The notes beneath the pieces were generated by a model. It ran no database searches and was not told the DNA's origin. It worked only from the letters and a program-made list of their open reading frames with translations. From Schmidtea polychroa (lineage: Eukaryota): 64,000 nt of DNA. Positions 53,500 through 64,000 of the stretch are shown here, in pieces. The stretch's first letter is position 1; each line of letters starts with the position of its first letter. A program made the translations under genes and the position numbers. Where the stretch lies: the NCBI GenBank assembly GCA_044892525.1, contig CM097887.1, forward strand, positions 128,876,397 through 128,940,396, in the 5' to 3' direction.

Positions 53500-55370
53500 T
53501 GAAAATCATGACGATGATGAAATGGCGCTAATCTCAGTCAAACCTGAGATAGTGTATCATGCGGTGGGTGAATACAGAGTCGGTAAGCTCTTAAGCTCTT
53601 ATCTTGGACTGCTTTACGTAAATCCTTCTCACTTTTCTCGACTGCCGACAGAGGAATTTATGTCGTAACCCTATTATCTTTCTACTCTGGATATTGTTTT
53701 TGTTACAACGGCGTAAATTTCTCGCATGGTTTCTAGATCGAATTTCGACTTGATTTTCAAAGTATAAACATCCTTATTCTCTACTGGGTAGTATATCATT
53801 TTATCTTGATAGTTAACCGTAGTATCTCGATGAATTTATTTAGTTTATATATCTGAGAGATTAACCCTTGTGATAACAGTGTCTCGGCCGGTTCTGACCC
53901 CATGTTTCACGTAGAGTGGTAGTTTGGTCGAGAGCGAGACATTCGTTTAGAATGGAGATTTTCCATTTTGATCATTACGGTGATTCATGAATTAGAAGAA
54001 TAATTAAAGTGGTAAATTGATGGAGAGTAGTATTATTTGTGTATTGATCATCGTTGTCTGTTAAATAGATACCGAAGGTAGGTTACTCGTCATCAAATAT
54101 ACATAAGAGACTTTACGTACTATTGTACTCGGGTACTGCAAAGATGTTGGCAGAATAATAATTCTAAAGTATAAATCTTAGGTAAGTCAAAAAAAATGAT
54201 TTTAATTACGTAGTAGTAGTGTCATAATGATTTGAATTTTTCAGTAACTTCATCAACCTTCCTAAAATCCTGATTGATCAGTCTTTCTTACCTACCACGA
54301 CCGTAGGTGAGTTCCATGGGGTTTCGCATTTCCAGATAATGCTCATTTTTAATAATTTCATAATCATATCGTTCACTTTTGATTCCATCTGCATTGCCAT
54401 GTACCTATGATATTGAATTATTGGATTTCCAAAAGTTTATATAATATTTGTAAGAAAACCATTACAAGCTAGATCAAAATCTGATGCCATGAAGATCGTA
54501 CTATACATTGTTACCAATTCCACCAGTTTTGGGTCTGAATTTGGTCATAAAACATCCAGCGCTTTTTTACATCGTTCGGTATCACTCTGGCTAACACCAA
54601 CGTCTCTGAATCTATTAATCCAATTGATGTATCTGGCACAAGTTTTTTTTTAAAAGCTAAAATCAAATTCTTTCCACTAACAAAACTTGGAAATACCCCT
54701 AACCACAATTACCTTTACTTTCTGATACAATTAATTCCAAACAATCGAAGTTGTAAAGTCACTTAAGCATGATATCGGCTTATTACCAAACGCCCTCTGA
54801 ACACCATATCTAACGGTTTTAAAACTGGACTGTCACACCTCATCCATATGGCCTCTGACATTACCATAACCGACGTACCTGTATCCCACAACATCTCAAT
54901 CACTATTCCACAGCATCAAACAAAACTCCACCACCTTCCATCAGTCTTCTTGAACATCATAACATTTCGGTTTTCTGTGTTCTTCACAACTCATTTTGCA
55001 TGTGTTTCAAAGAAACCGTAGGCCTATTGGGTCTCTCATTAACCAATAAACTTTCTGAACTTTGCCTTCTTTCAGTACCATGTTGTCTTTTGTCATAATT
55101 GTCGTAATTTCTTATTTTACTGACATACCGGCTAGTCTCTGGAACTGATGGTCTAATCATTGGTTGAACATTCTGCCTTCCTGAAATTTTATTCCTTGTT
55201 ACCGTTGCATACGACGATTGTTTCCTATCATCTGCCAATGCAAATACCTCTCTGGTGTCTCCTGTATGTAATCTATTTTCAAAATTTACATTCATTTTCT
55301 ATATTTCTGGATTTATTGCAATTGCAACTTTTTCTGCCTGTGCTGTGATCTCGTCAGAGCTGCGATTTCG
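53500..55370 (-). pseudogene. LTR retrotransposon gag-pro(-RT) remnant
   Basis: Aspartic protease motif IEMLWDTGTSVMVMSE at 54900-54853; gag-like ORF 54984..55295; faint RT-like traces at ~54100-54300. Confidence 0.65.
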
Positions 55371-55408
55371 GCTTGGTCACCAGTAACATTTCCATTAATA
55401 ATCATTAA

Positions 55409-55644
55409 CCCTTTCGCTGCTCCGCACGTATATTATCGCAAAAAAAACCGTGCCACATACGCTCCAAACGAGTATATTCGCATATTGTTTCAAAATAGTT
55501 TGCTTTGATTTTGCAATTTTAAATTCATCTATATTATATAATTACCTAAACAAAACGAAACAACCTATAAAAGAATTCCAAATCTGGTCAAACAAATACT
55601 TCAAGAATTTCAATAATTTCAAGAAGCAATGCGCAGCGAAAGGG
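55409..55644. mobile_element. 236-bp piggyBac-type MITE
   Basis: TTAA|CCCTTTCGCTGC ... GCAGCGAAAGGG|TTAA. Confidence 0.92.
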
Positions 55645-55902
55645 TTAAATCTAACACGTTATTTCCAAAAATATATTTAATATAAAATCCGAATATCTAA
55701 ACAAAATAACAGTCTAAATATCGTCACTATTTCAATTAATTAAAGATTGGTTTAAGAGGTACTTGAGTGAATGGAATTTATTATTATTTTTAAAAATCTC
55801 AATACAGCCATCTCATATCGGTTACTACATAGTAAATGATCATTCTAGACGTATAAAGTATATATATATATATATATTTCTAGGTAAACTATTTGGAACG
55901 AA

Positions 55903-56799
55903 ATGAAAATATTCAACACCTCAACTTCAAAGCAGTACGAAAGGAAATATGTTTTCAATTCTTACGACACAATTCATTCAAAATTAAACCCAGATCAGTA
56001 TCGAAATCATTTGGATACCAATTATGTCCTTGGCCGTCCTTTAATTGGGATCATCATTTTAGCTTCTCTTTTTTTGTGTACTCTTATTGGAGCTTTATTG
56101 GTGATTTTGATTTTTTGTAAAAAGAAAAACACAGTTTTTGTACTTCCAAAATCCAGTTTATCTGAAGCCTGGAGGTCAAGTATCGAAATGAACAGCCTTC
56201 ATTCTGGATCGGTTGCAGACCTGAACGGATATGGAGATTGGTTAATGCTATATAATGGTAAAATTCAATCCGTTCCCTCGTGCCATCAGATTAACAATTT
56301 TTCAACTAATAGAAATAAAAATAACAATCAAATGTCTGTCGAATCAGCTTTTTTACTCCATATATTTGGATCTAAACAAAGTTTATCTAACAGCACAAGA
56401 TTTCAAGAATCATCGATGAAATCGAACATTTCCCGAAGTCAAAGTTGTCAGAGTAGCATGTCATTTAAGTTCCCCTCATTCGACGTTCTTAAAAGAGCAG
56501 TTTCTAAAAGAGGTGTAAAACTTTCATCTTCAAAGACCTATGAAAGGCTGAGTGATCCTGAAGATAATGAGTCGATTAGTCGTAATCAAAGCACATCGAC
56601 TGCTCACGTGTCAATTATTTGTAATCAAAGAGCAATTGAAGAGGCTAAAGATGTTTACGGCTGTGCCGTGTCCAGTAGACCATGGTTGAAAGATAATTCG
56701 AGTAAACTTTCCCAAATTCCAACAGACTTTACTAAAGTCAAAGTCAACATAAACAGAAAGGTTTATGGCATCAGAAATGTATACATTACAGACGATTAG
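55903..56799 (+). CDS. Unknown single-pass membrane protein (or its last exon), 298 aa, with Ser-rich cytoplasmic tail
   Basis: Long open frame in very AT-rich DNA. Hydrophobic stretch LIGIIILASLFLCTLIGALLVILIF followed by CKKK (positive-inside). No family recognised. Confidence 0.6.
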   Translation: MKIFNTSTSKQYERKYVFNSYDTIHSKLNPDQYRNHLDTNYVLGRPLIGIIILASLFLCTLIGALLVILIFCKKKNTVFVLPKSSLSEAWRSSIEMNSLHSGSVADLNGYGDWLMLYNGKIQSVPSCHQINNFSTNRNKNNNQMSVESAFLLHIFGSKQSLSNSTRFQESSMKSNISRSQSCQSSMSFKFPSFDVLKRAVSKRGVKLSSSKTYERLSDPEDNESISRNQSTSTAHVSIICNQRAIEEAKDVYGCAVSSRPWLKDNSSKLSQIPTDFTKVKVNINRKVYGIRNVYITDD

Positions 56800-57067
56800 A
56801 TTTGAATTTGATTTTAGATTTAGAAAACTTCAGTTTTGTTTAAGTAAATCGATTCATTTTTAGTTTTGTATTCTTAAAACAAAAATATTTCATTTTCATG
56901 GTTAAATCAGATTTCAGAATCTATTCTAGGAATTTAAAATTAATCTTTTATGCTTTAATTTTACTTTTATTGATTCCTTTACACTTTCAATTTTTACACT
57001 TCGACTGGAAATTATCATTTTATCAAATAATTTTTTGTATAATATTTGTAATTTGTATACTTTAGAT

Positions 57068-58094
57068 CAGCGGTTTCCAACCTTTATGCTACCGTGCCTC
57101 CCCCAAAAAATATTTTCTTGGCGCCTCCACATCTTTTTTGTAATATATATAATAATATAAACACGTTTTAAACAATAATAACTTTATTACAAAAAAAATT
57201 AAAACTACAATTAACAGAATAAATACAAGGTTTTGCTATAACATATGAACATGTATATTTATTTGTATATTAAATTTATAATTAACCCTACGTCGGTAGC
57301 GCCCATTTTTCTTACATCGTCAGTCGCGTGGGGTCTTTAAAGGCTCGGAGCTTAGAAAAACCGACATAAATTTTAATTATTTAAGTTACAGGTTTGTGTC
57401 TTAGTAGCTGCCTAAATAACAAGTACGCACTTTGCAATATATACGCACGACGCCTGAGTAGAGCAGATTTTTGTTCACGCGCGGGCATGTAAAGACCCCA
57501 CTTGACCGATTACGTATTTTTTTTTGCTTGAAAAAATTTATAAAACCTAGAAAAATTATCTCAAAACATTAGATTTTTCTCTTTTTGATGACTACATGAT
57601 ATAGAAGTACTATACAAACCCTTACACTAACACAACGCTGACACATTATGCACTTCATAGTAACAATATTTTACAAGAATAATCTCAACCAGCCATAAAA
57701 AGATTCATACATTAGCCTCGAAATCTTGACAGAAAATATTCGACACTATGTGTTTCATGCGGTAAAATATATGCCCAGGATACGCGGCGTCAATTTGTGT
57801 AAGCTGTTCGGAAGATCAAAATGTAGAGTGATTTTTTATATTTTTTTATATATATAGTTATAAGTATCTTGATGTTTAAAGGTAAAGAATGCCTGGAAAT
57901 TGACTTTTCTTGTTATTGTGTAAGAGTTTAAATTTTATTATTTTTTATTTGGTAATTTTAAACTCGAAGTGCTAAAAATGACGAAATAATAATTATGGTA
58001 TGAAAATTATTTTTTTACCCAAAGGTTTCGGCGCCTCCCTATCCATAGGCCGCGCCTCCCCTGGGAGTCGCACCTTCCGGGTTGGAAACCACTG
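57068..58094. mobile_element. Non-autonomous hAT (Buster/Charlie-like ends) with 8-bp TSD, containing piggyBac-derived sequence
   Basis: CAGCGGTTTCCAACC ... GGTTGGAAACCACTG, with TSD CTTTAGAT on both sides (57060-57067 and 58095-58102). Confidence 0.93.
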
Positions 58095-61000
58095 CTTTAG
58101 ATACTAACTTTTGTATAGATAATTTAATTGTAATTGGATATTATATTACCTTCACTCTTGTGCTATATGATGCAATACTTAATAATTAATTTTTATTAAT
58201 ACAGATCAAAACAATATATAAATTAAAAACATTTATTTTGAATCAGTAAAGATATAAAAAAACCATCGATATCTTTACTGATTCAATGTTAATTTTTTTT
58301 AGTAATTCATTGTCAATTGAAAATAAATCAGAGGTGAAAATAGAAAAAAGTTCTTATAATAATAAATAATTTACACGATATTTCGGCAGTCTTTATCAAG
58401 TATGTAGCTAACTTGTGTATTTCGTCTTAAAAATATTAATATGGAAATTATTGAATTAAAAAAAGATCAAAGATGAAATCAAAACATAATATTTGGATTG
58501 AATTTAAAGTTTGAAAAAATTTGTTTGAAAGCATTATGTTATGAAATTCATATTTTATACTTGAACTCACCTATTTACCAATTCAAATTGAATACAATTC
58601 TATTGCAACTAACATTGAGGAAATCACAAAAAATATATAAACAAAAAATAAATATCTATTTTTGTCTTTCAATACATTGGGTCACGAAGGAAATGTGTTT
58701 CAAAGGTTTCAGTGGTTAAACGTTTGAAAGTCACATATCTAGTTTGTTGATTATTCAAAAGAAACTTAAAAGTTAATTTAAATCCCTGACATATCTGCAA
58801 ATTAATATTTGTTAAGAATGATTTAAACAAATATTTCAATTCAAACAAAACGAATCTTCCATAAACAATTAGAAAGTTTTCCAGTGTTTCATTTGGATTC
58901 ATTAACAAGACAATGAAATGATTTATTGACAGACTGGCCTAATATGTTGTCGCCAATGTTCCTCGTTGTTTTAATCGAAATTTCTAATTTATTACTTTTA
59001 TAAAATTATTGTTAGACTATAAATTAGTTTTTCTAAGTTTCTGCTCAAGGGGATCCAAAAACATCCGTAAATTTATTTAAATTTTAAATTACATAGAAAC
59101 TCCAGTGATACACATAATTGAAGATAAATGTTTAGACAAAATTGTCGGAAGGATGTCATTCAAAGAGGGGAGAAAGACAAAGAACAAGAAAAAAGAATAT
59201 ATGGTATATTACAGGGATGGGGAATAGGTATTTTTTATAACTCCTAACTCCTTTACGCTACTTAGTAGTATAATTGACAAAAATAAAGTAAACAATAACA
59301 AAATTTTGAAAAAATTACAAAACATTATGTATAATATTTAAAAATACAAGATTAACAATTAAAAAGCATGTGTCGGCTTGATTTACACGAGGTAATAGCA
59401 TGATTAATATATCTTGATAATCTTATATAAAAAACATATAAAGATTAAACTTATATATTTTATAATGACCATTTGCTAAAAGACATAAAACAATATTAAT
59501 TTTTAATAACCATTGAGAGAATTTAAAATATTAAAAACATAAAAATTAAATGTTAAGTTTTAAACTTTTTCGATTATTATAAATATAATTTATTTTAAAA
59601 AATTTTACTGAATTTCTAAAGTTTTATTCCTAGCTCTATTTGATAATTTTAAAATTTTACACTTAATTTGATTGAAAGTATAAAGTGATGATTTCTTGGT
59701 AGCAGCATTTATCATTTAAAACAATTAAGAGATTGACAAGAACTATCTTATAGTCGAAAATTTTATCATTAAATACATTATTCGCAGTAAAAGGCTTAAA
59801 TTATCACTTTATTGTTTTAATTTGATTGAATAGTAACAATTTATGATGCTAAAATATTTGTTTATTGAAATTGTAAAGAGTTTAAAAATTCATCTAAAAT
59901 TAAAACTAATTAAAGTTAATTAAATTAATTAAAACAATTATTATTTATAATTTTAATATATTATTATTTATATTTATATTATATCAAAAGTATTTTTGCT
60001 AAGATCTGCATTATTGTCAGAATTAAAAATACCTTAACTGTTTGAATATTAAAAAACAAATTGGGTGGATTTTGTCAATGCAGACATGATAATAAATTAA
60101 TACTGCATAATCACATTAATAAATAGGTAAAATATTTAATGTTGAATGAAATTTAACTAGGAAAAATATCTTCAATTATGTCTATTCGAATTAAATCGCA
60201 AATGGGATTTGACAGAGTTGAAATAAATTCTCAATACTGTGTCATTTTGTACTATTTCATGATATTTTGGTATGGAATTTTCACATAATTTTAAGATATC
60301 TGTTCAATTTTTTCCCACAATTTGAGACGCCTAACTGTTGCACAGTTTTTTGAGTTGTAAAAAAGGAATTATTTCCAATATTCGAATATATAAGGCTATA
60401 TAATAATAAATGTTCATTAAGTAATGTACATTGAATAAGCGCAATTGCGAATTGCGCAATGGATTTATTGCCGCTACTCACTGTGCCCCCCTGAATCTTT
60501 TCAGTAAACAATGTCTTCCTATATTTTCTATTACCATAAATAAAATACTACAAATTTTTTTTATTTAAAAAATAATAATTTAGTTATTCATTAACTTTGT
60601 TTATATTGTTTGGGAATTATTTTTAAACTAATACTGCAGTAAAGATTGCCAGTTCAAAATTTATTTTTGATGATTTCCAATGAGAAAATCGCATGCAATT
60701 AAATACGGAAATTGTGGATATTTCAACAGAAAGTGAGTTTTTTTTCATTAAATAATAAAACAATTTGGTATAATTCTCCCGGATAATTCAATCAAAAACC
60801 GCCATAACGGATAAATGACGAGCATCAATAATTTTTTTCGTTTCGAGGTGACTGCCTAGGATTTGTGAGTGAACTTTATATCAGTTTCCCATTGAATATA
60901 GAAATTTGATAACTTCTTCACAGGCTTAAAATATGTCCGACATATCACGAGAATTAATTATTCAAATATTTTATAAATGAANNNNNNNNNNNNNNNNNNN

Positions 61001-63349
61001 NNNNNNNNNNNNNNNNNNNNNNNNNNNNNNNNNNNNNNNNNNNNNNNNNNNNNNNNNNNNNNNNNNNNNNNNNNNNNNNNNNNNNNNNNNNNNNNNNNNN
61101 NNNNNNNNNNNNNNNNNNNNNNNNNNNNNNNNNNNNNNNNNNNNNNNNNNNNNNNNNNNNNNNNNNNNNNNNNNTAAATGTGGAATAATTTCATTAATTT
61201 TAATTGGAATTAAAAATGTAATTAGAAATCAGGATAATGTTAAAACGTATTAAATGTTGACTTCATTTGATTCTATTTCACTACCTACAGCCATTAGATG
61301 TTATTACAAACTTTAATGGATTTTGCACCTTTTGATGGCACAGGAAAGATATTAGTTGCTCATATATCTATTTTGTGAGATTAAAAATATATTTATATAC
61401 GTTTCATAAGACTTGTGCAAAAAATTGTGGTATTTGATGTAGTCTGGTGTCGGAGTATCCAGATTTTGGGGTCTGTCCTTATCCAAAACGAGATCGAATT
61501 TCTAATATTGTATATATAAAATCCGAAAAAGCTCATAACTAGTTTTCCATTAGAAGTCACATTGAATATCATTTAAAAACATTTCATTTTAGTCATCATT
61601 TGGATGTTCCATTTTATTTTATGAAAATCTCTGAGAGATTAATTTTTACATATCGAAAAACTTCTTGAATATTTTAAATGGGATAATTGAAAAGGTCTTA
61701 TTTAGAAGTATAAATTGTTTTTATTTGAGTTGTAGTGATGAACTATTTGATAAAACAGTTATTGTAGATCCTGCCAGCTGATATAGCTATAGAAAAAAAT
61801 AGAAATTGAATACACAAAAACATTATGTTTTCTGATAAAATAAAGCCTTTTACTCAAATATAAACATTCTTTTAAGTCATATAAAATATTTTTATATTTT
61901 AATTTCAAGATTTTGTATAAATTGTAACAAGTGTCCCTTCACATTTATAGATGACTCTACTGTCATCTTAGATTTTGAATGTCGTTTTCCTTCAAAATTT
62001 CTAGATTACCGTTTACATGGAATATACATGATATTTCTAATAATAAAGAACTTTGAACAATTTAGTGAACTAAATATAAGGTGGGAATATTGTTGTCTTC
62101 ATTTTGTTTGAAACGTAAAATTACTAAATAAATAAATAAAAACATTATCATGCTACCCCAACCTGACAGGCTTATATTATGCTTGGGAAATTCACGATTT
62201 TGTTTTCCAAAAGAAATAAAGAATGTGGACAATAAAATTCTAAGCAATTAATTAATCAGGTTATACATTTGCAATAAATATCTTCTGGATCTTCCGTATT
62301 GAATTGAAATTATTGGATTTGTCTTTTACTTTTCGTATGCTTACATGTTTCTGTTCCTCAAAAAAATTAATTTGATTTAATTTTCTAACTAATTTTGTAT
62401 TTGAATTTTATTTGTGCATTCCTTTTCAAAACTCTAACAATACGAATAAACAAAAGATCTGAATTTAGCAAATGAGCATTGAAAAAGAATAATAAAATAA
62501 ATTGTTTGAATATTCTCATTATGTGTATCAGGCTTATGGATGACAGCAACGCAATATCCAAGATTGAAATTAATAATTAAAACAAAATTTGAAATGAATT
62601 TAAATATTTTTGGCCAATTTCCAATTCCTGAACATTGAGAATCATCCAAATTTCAACGGCCAGATCAAATATTAAAAGAGTAAATGAAAAGAAAATAAGA
62701 TTGATTAATTACGAAGTAAATCTGAAAATTTAATAGTTTTTTATTTGTTTTATTGAAAAAGCTTGAAAAAACAATGAAAATAATTTAAAAGAATAAACGA
62801 TTTTTCCTTTTATTAATTAAACAAAGAATTGTTTGTAAATTTTTCATTTATATTAAATAACTGTCATACCAATACTATATTAAAAATATAGCAATACTAT
62901 ACAAATATTATATAAAAAAATATTATTTTAATAAATTAAGACATTGTTGAAATACAAGTTTTTATTAAAACAAAAAAGACTAAAAACAAATGACAATTGA
63001 AAATTCATTCTTTGTATTGAAAGTCTTAAGATATAGTCGAAATGATTTCCGGTTGACTTGTCTAACTAGTTTATTCGGATTAAAAAAATCTCTCTGATTT
63101 TATTGACCATTAAATGACTTTTAATATTTTTTCAAAAATAAAATATTAGTATCAAAAAGGATTCCTAAAATTAGTTTTGAAAAAACAAATTTCTTTTTAA
63201 TTTATCGAGCTTATACAAAAATTTCCGAAATCAATAAAAAAATGTACTCAAAACACACAAAATTCAATATAATTATTTTGATAGCACAAAAATTTAAAAA
63301 ATAATAATTTTTAAAAATTTGTTTAATTTATTTATAATAAAATCTAGAT

Positions 63350-63480
63350 CAGTGCTTCCCAACAATTTTTTTGTCATTTCCCATGTAAGCCTTTTTAAAA
63401 TTCTAATCACCTCATGTAACATATACATACTTTTTCATATTCAAAAAACTAAATTATTCACTGAATGAAGTCTTTATGAC
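63350..63480 (+). mobile_element. Left end of a hAT element
   Basis: TCTAGAT|CAGTGCTTCCCAAC; partner end not in the window. Confidence 0.45.
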
Positions 63481-63530
63481 AAATTTTTCAGGACACATGA
63501 CTTAGGTTTTAGGGAAAAATAATTAGGATA

Positions 63531-64000
63531 TTGCAAAAATTCAGGCAAAACTTCAATTCAAACGAAACCAGAGTCGTATATAATAGAAACAATTACAACA
63601 CAAACCAACTATCAGATAATCATAACAGACAAAACTACAACCAATCATCAAACGGAAACAACAGGCAGAACTACATCCGCAGACAATCTCCAAGCAATCA
63701 CTACAGAAACCGGTCAAACTCCCCAAACCAGAAAAAGAATCAATAAATGATTTTGTAAACCAAAACTATTGTTACTTTCACAACAAATTTGGTGACAAAT
63801 CATACAATGCACAAAACCCTGTGAATATCACAAAATAGAGCAGGAAAACTAAAACCGTCACTGTTGATAGCACCCACATTCAATGACAAAAACAATATAT
63901 TTTTTGTGCACACAAATAACACTGACTTTCTAATCGACACAGGCTCTATAATATCACTACTCTTCCGCTACATGTACAAAAACGCAAAAAACGCAGAAAA
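63531..64000 (+). pseudogene. Ty3/gypsy gag C-terminus and protease remnant, running off the right edge
   Basis: N/Q/R-rich ORF, then CYFHNKFGDKS..CTKPC (frameshifted gag knuckle) and TDFLIDTGSIISLL. Confidence 0.8.

Noticed and set aside
12186-61194. ORFs full of X (e.g. 12186, 25121, 32365, 44945, 49974, 60958)
   Set aside because: Open only because N bases hide stop codons.
52020-62650. Scattered GC-richer patches as exons of one host gene (52020-52130, 52930-53150, 60281-60511, 61200-61380)
   Set aside because: They may be coding, but I could not assign a family or a consistent splice chain.

Overview
Very AT-rich eukaryotic (invertebrate-like; host not identifiable from sequence) genomic DNA with N-masked stretches, mostly decayed transposons (hAT, piggyBac, mariner, Ty3/gypsy, MITEs). 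The main feature is a giant inverted repeat: 1-4160 mirrors 4521-9111 and runs off the left edge. Each arm carries an outward-pointing Polinton/Maverick-type protein-primed DNA polymerase B gene. The ORF track shows this gene as fragments, but it can be rebuilt by hand through six 41-50 nt GT-AG introns that are all phase 1. One exon carries a frameshift/stop shared by both arms. The arms flank a unique 360-bp spacer bounded by CCCGGG, containing 7 iteron-like 21-mers and a TGACGTCA palindrome cluster. A gene-less palindrome at 34.2-36.7 kb shares the same promoter motifs and 84-bp repeat in the same orientation, and an AGTAG-ended TIR-only element lies at 24.8-26.1 kb. I found no capsid, ATPase, protease or integrase gene for the polymerase element in the window. 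All calls are by eye from motifs; no searches were run.
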